Shown piece by piece: positions 1-14,271 of a stretch of 64,000 nucleotides of DNA; position 1 is the stretch's first letter; each line of letters begins with the position of its first letter. The notes under the pieces were generated by a model, which was not told the origin of the DNA, did not search any database, and saw nothing but the letters and a program-made list of their open reading frames with translations. Made by a program: the position numbers and the translations under genes. This DNA is from Eledone cirrhosa (taxonomy: Eukaryota), in contig OZ024741.1 in the NCBI GenBank assembly GCA_964016885.1, positions 337,094,001-337,158,000 on the forward strand, written 5' to 3'.

Positions 1-1099
1 ATTTATATATATGTATATATATACACATACACACATATATATAAAGCCCCCCCCCCCCCCCCACTTCATTCACGAATGACCATAGGAATTGCACCTAGAA
101 AGTCCTCTCCTCTCCAAGGCACAAGTCTGGGCAAGGCTGTTTATGGAAAACCACCAGTCATCCATACATCCCAGTCTCCATTCTCCACACCACCAGTGTT
201 ATCCAGTTCCATGCTAATGGCATCACAACTAATTTACAGAGCTGAGTAAATTGGAGAAAATATATAAATATTTCTGCTGGTATGATGTGTTTCCCATAAA
301 ACGTTTTATCAGGCATACATCATACCATCAGGAATATTTGTTTTTCTGTTGCATTAGCTGGGAATTTTATGTGGTCCTCTTAATTAAATCATGCAAAACC
401 ACAGCTTGTCTGTGAGCTGAAGAGGTTAACAGATGTCTGTGTGATCTTATCTTGTTCGTTTTCTTCCTTTATTTCTTTCTTCTTATCACTTCTGTGGGTC
501 AACACACTTCTAGCCACTGATTTCTGTCCTTTGTGGTAATTTTTACCCGACGTAGTCATTGATGGCATTTTGCTGTTTTAACAGTTATTTTTGCATTATG
601 TTTTTCTTATTATTCTACGAAATATATAAATATGTATAAATAATCCAACAAATGTCAGCATGGAAAATGGATGTAAAACAATGATGATGTATAATATTGG
701 GAATTGGAGGAGTAGCATCAAAACCCACTCAGGATATATCACACATTCAACAAATGATTACACAATAGCTGTCTGATGAGGTTGTATATATACATAATAG
801 ATACCACTGAAATATATATATAACAATAACTACGTAATCAATAAAATAATGTAAGATTCAAATACACTGATTTCTTCTTAATTATTATATATATGTATAT
901 ATAGTCCAACATATGGCAACATGGAAATTGGATATAAAACAATGATATATATATTTATACATGTTCATGGTTGTAAAAGTACTCAATACTAGAAGTAGAA
1001 TATATTTGTTCTTGTACAGCTCCCAGTAGAAAAGACTGACTATAAAAACAAGTGAACCTGCATTTCAGACAGCTTAGTTATGATTGACCAAATGAAATC

Positions 1100-1137
<38 letters not shown>

Positions 1138-2643
1138 ATGTGTATGCATGCATGTGGATACATACATATATATATATATACACATACATATATTTATATC
1201 TATTTATGTGGATATCTATCTATCTATTTATATATAAAGAAATATATATATGTGTGTGTGTATGTGTAAATATACATATTCACACATACAGATACAAGGG
1301 CATATATGTGTGTAAGTGGGGGTATGTGAATATGTTCAAAAACCAAAGATAAACAAAATAAAATAAAATTCAAAATAATTCAGAATTGAATTGAAAATTT
1401 GTGAACATCAAATCAGTTGCTTGCTATATTTCTATAATGTTTCTATTATATTTCTCTTATATTATATTACATATATATATTATTATATTACATATATATA
1501 TTATTATATTACATATATATATTTACATATATATATATAATATTTATATTATTTTTCTATTATTTTTCTGTTATTTATCTATCAAAAATTTTTTTCCATA
1601 GTGATTTCTTCATAACTATTATTTTGCTTTTTATCATTTTTATCTATTCATTTTATTTTTTGTTTCTACTGTTGTTCTGTTGTTGCAAGAGTGAAATTTT
1701 AAGTGAGGCATTACAGATGTTATTTAGCATCCAGTTCTACCTTTTATTGTTTACGCACTAGAGAACATTCCATAGAATGGTAAAATTGTAAAAAGGAAAA
1801 ACAATATATTTTCTGGTTTTAATTGCTATAAAGCTGAAAGAAATGAGAGAAATAGCAAGAGAAAAAACAAATAGATATTATCTTTCCATATATTTTTTTT
1901 AATTCACAACTCAATGTATAGATAATTATATTTAAAGTTTTAAGAATATTAACTCAATAAAAAAATGTGTATGGAGTTTGAATTTCAGTGAAAAATAGCA
2001 TCATCTTAAAAACTATAAATGTATTATCAATTATAGTTAAAGAGAGAAAAAATGGTTTTATTCTCATTCTTTTTCCACCACACCCCAACTCCATATCTGT
2101 TTATTTGTATAAATGTATTTATGTATATAAATGCAAACACACACATACATATATACATACACACACATATATATATATATACATGCATATATTTACATAT
2201 GTATATATATATGCACATATATACATATGTATGTACATGCACATGCACACACATACACACAAATAATATATATATATTTAAATACACCAACACATATATT
2301 GTAATTTAAAAATCTCTAGCATATAAAATGGAAAATTAAAAAAATAGAAGCAGCCAGAACGAATCTGTATCAAGTACACATGTCTGTCCATATAGACAGT
2401 TCTGTTCAATAACTGAAAGTGTATCCATGTGAAAACATATGTACACACAGCAGTTGATAAATATTTATATTCTCATAGATTCTCATATACTCCCCTTTTT
2501 TTCCAAACCTCACTTTCAAATATGTGTAAATATGCAAATGAACACACTCACATACATACAGAAACATAAGCATGCACACATTATCACATGCACATTCTTC
2601 CATTTGTGTATATCAAATCAAAATATATTTGTCAATATGTATA

Positions 2644-2724
<81 letters not shown>

Positions 2725-4756
2725 ATGTGTATATATATATATATAGTGTGTGTGTGTGTGTGTTTGTTTGTTTGCATGTGCATGCAAACATCTACATATA
2801 TATATTTATATTATTTATACACATACAAACACACACACATATATATATCCACAACCATACATATTCATCACACACATATATGCATTTTATTGTTACAAAT
2901 GTATGCAATTTCAATAAACGCAGCAACTGCATCTTGGTTATGTGCAGAATATAATGAAATAAAATTTAAAGAATTGTTTGAGAAACTCATATAAGTGGAA
3001 TATTGTCTGTTACTCTAATTGCCTTCAAAATTGTGTTATAGGTTCATATATTTGTTTTGAAGCAACAAACCTGAGTCTATAACATATAAGTTTCATATGA
3101 ATCTAGCTTAAATAATGACTTAACTCTTTCCCTGCCATATCCATATTGTAATACACTGTCTATGATATTCAAATAATTTCGACAATAATCAAGAATTTTG
3201 AAGGATTTAGTAATATAGCTATTTCATATTTATGCTGATATTTGGAACATAACAGATAGAATTATGATGGAAGTTTTTACATCAATATAAACACTTTAAC
3301 TCTTTTGTTAACAATTTCTAATAAAAGACACTGTCTATCTTCTTCTTCACTCACTTATTCCTGGGAGGGTCATGGGGGTAGGGTTCTGAGATATGCCTCC
3401 AACAGGTCCTGTCAGAAGCAACCATCTCCAATTGATCCGACTGGATCCTCAAGTGAGACCAGCTGAGCTCATGGATGTTATTTAACCATCTTACTTGGGG
3501 TCTACTCCTGGGTCTCTTCACAGTTGGTTTTGTTCATAGAATCTGTCCAGTAATTCTTTCCAGAGACATCCTTTGAAAACCAAATAATTTGAAAGTGAAA
3601 AATATATATGTTTAAAAACAATTAACCCTTCATATCAGGCAAGAAAGATTCAAGTTTATTACATTGCTATCTCTAAAGTGTTACCAGCAAGCTTTTATTT
3701 TTGATTACTAAATATATCAACATTGTGATTTTAGCTTTGTGTCTCCATGCTTGCCTTGGTTGGACAGGTCTTTTTCGCTACAGCTTCCCTCCTCTCAAAC
3801 TGGGATATACAGATATGACTGAGATATATGTCGCCACTAGGATATCTGCTTATCTAGACATTCCTTCCCCCCCCTCTCTCTCTCCTCATCTCTCTCTCTC
3901 TCATTCTCACTCTCTCACACACTTTACCCTCTTCCTCTCTTGCTCTCTTCCCCCTCTCTACCATTCTCATTCTCAGCCTCTCTCACAGACTTTTCCTCTT
4001 CTCCTCTTGCTCTCCTCCCTCTCTCCATAGTGTTTTTATTTCACTTATTTCTCATCCAACATACAGAATTTGAAAATTTATTCATTTAGTAGAGGTTAAT
4101 AATATTTTTTATAATGGCTGATGTGTTTTATTAATCTGGAGTTTCACCTGTGTACACAAGTGAGACTCCAGCATAACAAGACTCATCAGCTAGCCACAAT
4201 AAGAAATATATGTGTGTGAAAAGTAGGCAGAGAAAACAACAGTTCAATGAGGATATATTTTAATTCCACACTTAATATGGTAGTAAAAGTCTTATCGTTT
4301 TGGGCACTAGCCCTTCATCAGTAAATAGAATGAGAAATTAAAGAAGAAAGTGAAAGATAGAGAAGAGTGAACAGGGGCAGAAATGAAAACAAATTTTTCG
4401 AGAAAGCTCAGGTCTGTTCATTTCGCCACCTCTTGGAAACCATATAAGAAGTGAAGCATACTTATTTTAGTTACAGCTAAAATACATTTGTTAGTCATTT
4501 CCTATAACCAGTCAGTTGTACCTGCCATTCATCTTTCTTGGTCATGATATATGGGAGATAATTATTGCAAAGTAGATAATTAAAGAAAAAACATACTGCT
4601 GATCAGACAGAAAAAGAGAGACCACATACTAATAAGTTATCAAACTAACGAGAAGTGATTATTAACATCCTGCTGTAGAATGTGGTAGTTGAGTCTTTTA
4701 TAATACCCCCATAAAACTTAATGGGTCAATGGGTTGCCATAAAGCATTTTATCTTT

Positions 4757-5010
4757 ATCATCATCATCATTGTTTTTACATCCGTTTTTCCATACTTGCA
4801 TAGGTTCGATGGGTCCTTCTCAGCACAACGTCTCTCCAATTATCATGTTCCTTCATCAGAGATTTGAGGTCAGCTCTTACCACTTTTGTCCTAGTCTTTC
4901 TTGGTCTACCTCTACTGCAGCTTCCTTCCACTGGGATTTCTTGGCATTTCTTCACCCAGATGTCATCATCAATGTTCATCAGGTATCATACCAACACAGT
5001 CTTCTCTCTA
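4757..5010 (-). mobile_element. RTE LINE 3' fragment
   Basis: DDIWVKKCQEIPVEGSCSRGRPRKT followed by a (GAT)n tail. Confidence 0.85.
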
Positions 5011-8000
5011 CTGTTAATAATTAGTTTTAGGAAGCATTGTTAGAACATCAAACAAAATGCTTTGCCGTATTTTGTTATAGTATCTTACATTAGTAATCCC
5101 ACCAAGGTCAACTTTAACAGTCATCCCATTCCAATGTCCATATAACGTACCATTTAATCAACTTTTTTTTTCTCCCCAAAATTGCTGGCTCTGTGCCAAT
5201 CTTAGAATTATTTTGCTTCAGATCGAGATCAGAGAATTGGTAGAGCCTTTACAATGTCAAATAAATGCCCCAGTAGTTGTGGTTCTTTATGTTTTGAGTT
5301 CAAATACTACTGAGGTCAACTTTACCTTTCATCCTTCTGGGGCTGATAGAATATAGTACCAGTTGAGATTTTTTGGGGGGAGCTATATAGTAACTTCTTT
5401 ATATAATTACTTCTCCTCCCTGCACAAAATTTCTGGGCTTGTAACAAAAATTAGAAACCATTGACCAAAAATTAGAAAGATTAAACTGAAATTAGATAAG
5501 TCTCAGATCAATTCTGATTGAGCACAGCTATGTTTCAGCTGTGACCATCTCATCTTTTTATATATTATGCAATAATGATGTTTCCATGTTTTCTTTTAAG
5601 ATGATATTTGAGGTAAAAATTAAGGGAAGTTTGGCTGCTAATTTTAGCAGGCCAAGTGACCATGCAGAGGTTACTTTATTGGCTCTGAGTTAGTTCCAGT
5701 TAAACAAACCTGTGATTAAAGTCATTCTGTCACAATCGGTTCAACTTTTGTTACATTTCAGACAAGAAAATTTAATTCTTAATATCCTGTAATGATTTAG
5801 TAGAAAATATCTTAAAACACAGGTTTGTTGATCCATATGTTTATTGTATCTTTACTAGTGGACAGATCATTATGAAAATTGGTAGTATTAGCTTAAAGAT
5901 GTGATTCAGTCATAGTGTTGTTTCATTTAGCTTGTTGATTCAAATGTTTATTGTATCTTTACTAGATCATTGTGAAAATGTGCAGTAAACTAAAGATTTA
6001 ATTTCTAATTTATATATTTGAACCTAAAGCTTCAACTTCTAACTGGCCCCAATTAACTTTAACATCCTCTAAAGATTTAACAGAAAATATCTAAAAGAAC
6101 TTGTTTGTTAATTCAAATGTTTATAGTATCTTTATTAGTGGACAAATTGTTGTGAATCTTTGCAGTAAATTAAAGACTTTTGGTTTATAGTATTGCGGTA
6201 CTAATGCTGTTTTATACTTTTCAAGAATGTTTTGCTAATGTTCCATGTTAAGAGGTAATGTGTCCTTCCATTATTCAGATAACTAGACATAAATGATCAG
6301 AGATTTAAATACTATATCTAACATGCCAATCAACAATACAGAGGCTTCGTTGTTGGCTCATATCAAAATGAATCCTGCTTGAAGAATCTTGTTAATCTAA
6401 AACCAGAAACTAGGTTTATTTTAGGCATGCAGTTTGCCCATTTTAACCTTTTCTTTACCATATTCCCAAATGAAAAAGATTGTCTATGATTTTCAAATCA
6501 TTTCGAAAATAACCAAAAATTTAGAGGAATTTAGTAATATATAACTAATGTTCTCATTATTAAGCTGGCACTTGAAGCATAGCTTGATAAAGAAATAGTC
6601 TGGTGTATTCTTGTATATAAACTTGTGTATAATTTTGGAGGGGAGAATATGATATTTGCCTGTGTGCCATTATAGTGAAACGATACCTTGTGTGTATTAT
6701 ATTACTGCTACTATGTTGCTGTTTTGCTGTTTAGCCTTAGGCCAGTCTTGGTTGTAATGACCTATCATTAAAGGTGCTCCAGTAATGCCCATTCTGTCTT
6801 TTCTTGTAGACACCAGAATGAATCTCCATCAATTTTGGTTCTCAGTTCTTTGTTCAACTGAACAGTCTGCTCACTAAAATTCATATGTAAGTCACTGAGC
6901 AATTGACCGACTCGTGTACCCTTAATGTAATTATCACAAAAATTCAGTGTAACACCATATGTGTGACAAGGCTGGAGGACCTTTTACTTACAAGCAGGGC
7001 CTATGAGAGGGGGTGGGGTCTAGCTGGTACTTTGTTCCAGGGACCAAGAGCTAAGCAGGCCCCACAGCAACCATGCAACATCTATTTCTCTTGGAGGACC
7101 TGCTTACAAGTACAGCCTATTTGTAAGGCCTCCAGACAGTTTCCATTTACCCAATCTCACTTAGATGGTATAGGTCAACCCAAGGTTATGATAAAAGACA
7201 CTTGCCCAAAATGCCATGCAGTGAGTTCTAACTCAGAACCTAACGATTGTGAAGTGAACTTCTTAACTATTTGGCTATGGTTTTAGATATATTGTATGTA
7301 GGATATCATTCTCCAATTTGTTCATTTTTTTTTAAAGACAGTATGCTATGATCTGAAGGGGATTTGGGCTGCTATTTCTAGCATATGAAGCAACTACAGA
7401 GAGGCTTCCCTCATTTGCTCCCAAATATATATATCTGTGTGTGTGTGTCTGTGTATATGTGAGTGTGTATGTGTGTGTTTATGTGTGTGTATATGTGTGT
7501 GTGTGTGTGAGTGTGTCTGTGTTGTTGCTTAAACTCAGATGTGGTTTTCTTGAGCAGATCTATGAAAGAAGATATTTTAGCAATGAAGATCTCATTTTGA
7601 TTATATAGGACTATGTTGGCCTATACATCCATTCTTTTTGAAAGACAGTAATTAAGGTGAGATTTGAAGAAATTCTGGCTGTTATATCTAGCATGTAGAT
7701 ATAGTCTGAACTACCGCATAGATACTTTCTTCATTAGCTCATATATATATGAATAAACTACAAATTCCTACTTATATATATGCCAAAGCATACATATATA
7801 TATAGTATTCACCACCACCACCACCCCGCCCTCACATCATCTCTCATGAAGACAGGTTGTTACATACATCCAGGGAAGCCCACACTGGAAAGTGGTCATG
7901 ATGGGGTCACTGCAAAAAGCACCCAGCCCACACTGTAAGGTGGTCGTGTAGGAGTCATGATGAAAAGCACCCAGCACACACTCTAAATGAGCTTGGCGTT

Positions 8001-8499
8001 AGGAAGGGCATCCAGCCGTAGAAACCAAGCTAGAAACAGTTCTATGTGAGCAAGACAGTCATCTGACAACTTGCCTCTAACGGGACAACCCGTCTAACCC
8101 TTCCTAGCGTTGAAAAATGGATGTTAAATGATGATGATGATATATATATATATATATATGTGTATATATATATATATATATACACACACCAGATGTAGGG
8201 AATAAAAGCATCTGTTCAACTGTAATAAAATTTACAGTATCAATTATGACAATGGAAACTAAACTATAGGATATCAATATCAAATATATCCAACATTTAT
8301 TTTATTTTCATTTGCTTAGATGCATTTATATTATGTGATAAATGGGTCGCCTGTCTGTTTTGGATGCTTGCATATACCCTTGGGTCCTAAATAATAGAGG
8401 GGGTGGAATAAGCAGGAGTGGGGTGGAAGAAGTGAGGGGAGTGGAAAATCAGTAACTTTCCCATCTTCAAAATTATCACAACTATTATTATTATTTCCA

Positions 8500-8682
8500 G
8501 GGCGGTGAATTGGTAGTATCGGTTGAAGGTCGGATGCCATGCTTTCCAGCATAGTTACGTCCTTTACGGTCTGAGTTCAAATCCCGTCAATGTTAACTTT
8601 GCCTTTCATCCTTATGGGGTTGATAAAATAACGTACCAGTAACATACTGGGTAATTGCTGGCCTTGTGCCAAAAGTAGAAAC
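8500..8682 (+). mobile_element. tRNA-derived SINE family 1 (octopus OR-like), full length
   Basis: A box TGGTAGTATCGG, B box GAGTTCAAATCC, 3' end GGCCTTGTGCCAAAAGTAGAAAC. TSD attattatttcca at 8487-8499 and 8683-8695. Confidence 0.9.
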
Positions 8683-9170
8683 ATTATTATTTCCATTATT
8701 TAACCTATGCTAGCATGGGAAAATGGATGTAAAATGGTGATGATGATGATGATACCATTATTTTATAAGCATGTAAGTGCCAATATGTGCACTATTAAAA
8801 TAGTCAACACCTCACTCCATTCCCACCTTAACCACTAGATGTAACCCACCACCATTCATTCATTTTCTCAATCCCTTTCTTCTTTCTACATCTCTTCCCC
8901 TCTCCTACTTCTTCACATATTTTTTCCCCCACAAAACAACAAAGCAAAACAAAGAACAACTGACCACCCCAAAAGAACAGATATATATTTTAACACTGTA
9001 TTCTCAAACATTCCATCATTAAGCAAACTAGTCTCATGAGCTTTTGATTCCAAAGTCGACCCCGATCATTTGAGATCCAACCTTGAGTTGATCAATCATG
9101 AAACATGAGTCACAGTTGAATAAACTTAATGAAACTTTGACACCTCGTCCATACTTATTATTAATATTAC

Positions 9171-9707
9171 GGGCGGTGGATTGGCAGTATCGGTGGAGGG
9201 TCGGACGCCATGCTTTCCAGCATAGTTACGTCCCTTTACGATCTGAGTTCAAATCCCGCCGAGGTTAATTTTGCCTTTCATCCTTACGGGGTCGATAAAA
9301 TAAAGTACCAGTAATGCACTGGGTAATTGCTGGCCTTGTGCCAAAAGTAGAAACAATTATTAATATTACGGGCGGTGAATTGGCAGTATCGGTAGAGGGT
9401 CGGACACCATGCTTTGACGCATAGAGTTACGGCCCTTGCCATTCTGTGTTCAATTGCTGCCGAGGTTTACTTTGCCTTTCATCCTTACGGGGTCGATAAA
9501 ATAAAGTACCAGTAATGTACTGGGATAATTGCTGGCCTTGTGCCAAAAGTAGAAACAATTATTAATATTACGGTTGGTGGATTGGCAGTATCTGTAAAGT
9601 GTCGGACGCCATGCTGTCCAACATAGAGTTACGTCCCTTTACGGACCGAGTTCAAAGTACCAGTAATATACTGGTTAATTGCCGGCCTTATGCCAAAAGG
9701 AGAAACG
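9171..9707 (+). mobile_element. Head-to-tail trimer of SINE family 1
   Basis: Copies at 9171-9355, 9370-9557 and 9572-9707 (internally deleted), each bounded by attattaatattac. Confidence 0.9.
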
Positions 9708-11117
9708 ATTATTAATATTACACTCTACTTAGTACAACCCCAAAGTATATACTGGAGACTATGCACCGAATTCTTACTGTGGTGAAACAACAGCAACTTG
9801 ATGCTACAACCCGTATATATAAATGTAGTATATTTATGATAATATTGGGGTTTTCCAATATAGATCCTGGTAAAGGTGAGAGAAGCTCAATGCAGTTGAC
9901 TTTCTTTGATAAACCAGTAATTCAAAATCGGCTGAGGATTTTTCACAGCCATTGGAGATTCTGTTGTAGACTGTGTTAGGCTACATGCTGCAGAGCTCAA
10001 ATTTTATTAATATAGAGAGAATAACCAAGTTATACTTAAGACATAATTTTAATTCTACATATGTTTCAATGTTATATATACATATACATATATATACATG
10101 TACAATATATATATATATCTCAGAATGAATGGAGGCAGTAAAAACCAGTTAGACTATTACTCACCAGAGTATTTGATACTTCTGGTATTAGAGTGGGAAA
10201 TATGAAAAATTCAAAACGCCGACAATGTTGAAATGGCCAGAGCTCAGCCGTTGGATGCTGAATTTTTTCAGATATATATATATATACATATATATACTAT
10301 ATATGTGCATATATGCATATATATATATGTAAACGTATATAAATATATGTATACATAACTGCGAGTGAGTGTGTTCTGTGATTAATTCTGGCAATGTTAT
10401 TACACAAATATGACCCTCCCCAAGTATATATATACAGATATTTATATATTACGAGCAAGACAACCAATCTTGCCTCAAGTGGGACAATTCCCGTCTAAAC
10501 CCATGCTAGCATAGAAGATGGACGTTAAACGATGATGATGATGATGATGTATCATCATTTTACGTCTGGTTTTGCCTGCTTATATCTGTGTGTATATATA
10601 TACTATATATATGCATACAGTACATATATATATATATATGTATATACACATATATGTATATATATATATGTATATACACATATATGTATATATATATATA
10701 TATATAACACAAAGTAATTAATCCCATATACAAAACGCAATATCCATATCAAACACGCTCTCTTTAAGATAAGCATATTCGTGCTATTTTAAAATAATTA
10801 ATACAATATTTTAATTAGATATTTATTTTAATTACAATCATGATATCATAATAAATATCTAATTAAAACCATTTTTTATATAGAAAACTCTGATAAACTT
10901 TTTGTTTACATGCTAAGAATTGTATATATATATATCATCATCATCATCGTTTAACGTCTATCTTCCATGCTAGCATAGGTTAGATATGGGTTAGCATGGG
11001 TTATATATATATAAGAAAGAGAGAGAGAGAGAGTGGGAAAACATTTGTTTGAATTACATTAATTGAAAGAAGCTCTATTTAGCATGAAACTTAGTCATTG
11101 GATAATAATAGAAATAA

Positions 11118-11162
<45 letters not shown>

Positions 11163-11248
11163 TATATATAATATATATATACACAATAGAAAATAAATAA
11201 AACCATAGAGCAAATATTTATCTATCTTTTATTTTAATATATATATAT

Positions 11249-11811
11249 ATTAGGATTGGTGCTCTGAAATAGCGATGTATACATGAATGTATGTATAGTA
11301 TATTTTTCCATATATCATGTTTAATTAAAAACATTTTGAAGATCATACCCTATCGGTTTTAAAGTAGTGACTATGTCACTTACTTCTTACTAATTATAGA
11401 CGCTGGATTCTTATAGAATTCCAGTAATAATCAGGAGCTGATTATATAGAGCGATTGGCGGTCCAGCAAAAATTAGGTATTAGGATTGGTGCTCTGAAAT
11501 AGTGATGTATACATCAATGTATGTATAGTATATTTGGCTCCTGATTAATACTGGAATTCTATATGAATCCAGCTTCTATAATTTTCGGCGGAAGCAGGGG
11601 GTGCATGGCTCTGGTGATCGCCAAACAGCGTGAAACAGACTGTTAGCTTCTCTCCCTTCTTTCACCAAAAAGAAGTAAGTGACATAGTCATTACTTTAAA
11701 ACCGATAGCGTATGGTCTTCAAAATGTTTTTAATTAAACATACGGTATATTGCCAAATATACTATACATACATTCATGTATACATCGCTATTTCAGAGCA
11801 CTAATCCTAAT
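11249..11811. mobile_element. Fold-back element with nested inverted and direct repeats and a hammerhead-like motif
   Basis: Outer IR 11249-11388/11670-11811, inner IR 11392-11438/11537-11583, direct repeat 11479-11535 of 11249-11305, TA flanks. A related stub lies at ~19535-19625. Confidence 0.8.
11607..11648 (+). ncRNA. Type I hammerhead-like motif with variant core (CUGGUGA)
   Basis: GGCT-CTGGTGA-tCGCcaaacaGCGt-GAAA-CAGaCTG-TT-AGCT. All three stems pair, and stem I can extend (gaag..ggggg / tctct..cttc). Confidence 0.6.
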
Positions 11812-12554
11812 ACACATATGCACATATATATAGAGAGAGAAAAAGAGAGTAAGGGAAAGAGGAGAGAATTATTGAGTGACTAAATGATGGATAAATACAA
11901 AGATATATATATACATAGCCACATAATAATTGTTTCTACTTTTGGCACAAGGCCAGCAATTACCCAGTGCATTACTGGTACTTTATTTTATCAACCACAT
12001 AATAATATAAACATATGTAAATATAGTTAGCTATTTGAAAATCTGGGTATTAAAAAAATGAATTTTATATTAAGTTAATCATAATTTCTATTGAGAGGTA
12101 AGTGAATATATTTTGTTAATATTCCTAAGTAAATTAATATGAAATGGTGGCTTCAGTATCTTCTCATGTCATCCTCAGGATAATAGTTTTCTGTGAATAT
12201 ACATTAACACTTTTGATACCAAACCACCTGAAGCCACCCTTGGTTCTATGATACAAAATATTTTATTTTAATGTGTTCACTTTTATCTGAAAGCTTTCCA
12301 TCATAATTTTATGTAAGAACGTTTGTTAAGCTATGTTCCAAACCACCTGAAACTATCCTTGGTACTATGATACAAAATGGTTTACTCTAAAGTGTTTACT
12401 TTTATATGAAAACCTTCCATCATAATTTTATGTAACAACCTTTATTAAGCTATGTTCTAAACCACTTGAAACTACCTTTGGTTCTAAGATATAAAATGGT
12501 TTATTTTTATTTAAAAACCTTCCATCATTCTTTTGTACCCTTCTATCATTATTG

Positions 12555-12740
12555 GGGGATTGGCAGTATTGGTAGAAGGTCGGACACCATGCTTTGCAGC
12601 ATAGAGTTAGGCCCCTTTATGATCTGAGTTCAAATCCCACTGAGGTTCACTTTGCCTTTCATCCTTACGGGGTCGATAAAATAAAGTACCAGTAATGTAC
12701 TGGGATAATTGCTGGCCTTGTGCCAAAAGTAGAAACAATT
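12555..12740 (+). mobile_element. SINE family 1
   Basis: Same A/B boxes and 3' end as 8500-8682. Confidence 0.9.
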
Positions 12741-13174
12741 ATTTTATGTAATAACCCACATGAAACCACACTTTTTTCTGTGATGCAAAATGGTTTATTT
12801 TAAAGTGTTTACTTTTATCTAAAAACCTTCCAAATGTTGCATCATAGGTAAGTGTCATTTACCATAGCTTTAGATCTATCTATGCCTTGCGAGTAGAATT
12901 GGGTGATTGGAAAGTGTTTAGAATTTTATCGGATAGACTGTACCAGTAATTCAAAGAGCCTGCCTTATTATTCTGAAATCTCCCAGAGAATTATGTTAAA
13001 GGTACATGTATCTACAGAATGCTCAGCCACTTGCACATTGCTTTCATGATCAGACCAATAATGATGATGGCACACACACATATAACTTTTACAAAGTTAG
13101 TAACGTCTGTCAAGGACAAATAACTTTCTGTATGAAAAATATATACATATATATCATATATATATATATACACA

Positions 13175-13223
<49 letters not shown>

Positions 13224-14271
13224 GTACACACACATAAAAATATATACATATATATACATACATTAAATACTTGTTACACCATATGCATTTTCTACTTATA
13301 TTTCCAATGCTTGTGTTATGTGTGAAGTTCACCTTTGCAGTATTCCTCCAATGACATTTTTATGATAACATTTTACAGCTGGATGCTCAATTTCTCCCAT
13401 CTACTGTGACAATTATACCATAATTTGCTGCAATGATGACCAAAAGAGCAATTTTCAGACTAAAAATGCGAAATGAAATGATATTTATTTGCTTTAACAC
13501 AAGAATAGATTTTTTTTTGTTTAATGTGCTTTGTTTTTTTGCATTTATATTTGTTTTCAACCTATCACCTTTAAAGTGTGGTTAGACACTTTTGTTAATT
13601 AACACTTTTTAGATGTAGAGGAAAATATATTGTTTCAATCTAGAGCTAAATGGACATTTCGTTTGTGTGTGTATGTGTGTGATAATAGCATAGAAAAATG
13701 AATGCATGATGATGATACACACACAGATATATATCATCATCATCCTCATCATCGTTTAACGTCTATTTTCCATGCCAGCATGATATATATGTATATAAAA
13801 TGTCAATAAGAAAAAGAAAGTCCACAGAAGATTAATACAATACAACGATGATATATATTAGTTTAGCGTTTGATATAATAAGAAAAGAGTCTTAATATTT
13901 TGGATGTCAATCCTTCTTCGGGAGATTCATGAAAATAAGAAAAAAATGAAAACAGTGCCTCATGTAAGATGGCTCAAACATGACAATCTTACAGGGGACA
14001 CTGGGGGATTTCTGTCATAACACCTGCATGACTACTTTACAGAATGAACTGGGTGCTTTTTCTCATGTCAACAACATGACCGCCTTTCGCAATGGACTTG
14101 ATGCTTCTTCTCATAGCATTAGTCTGACCACCTACCAATGTAAAATGATGATGATGATGATTAGGAATATGATTAAGAACAGTTGCAAATCAAAATACAT
14201 TGTATATTTGTCACAGCCATATTTGGGAGTAAAGCAGGGACCAAATTATCCAATGTGTTCTTCCCTATTTG

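Noticed and set aside
10165-10257. 93-nt minus-strand exon-like segment with a GTGAGT donor
   Set aside because: It sits in a TA-bounded island with an A-rich acceptor and no partner exons, so it is more likely a repeat fragment.
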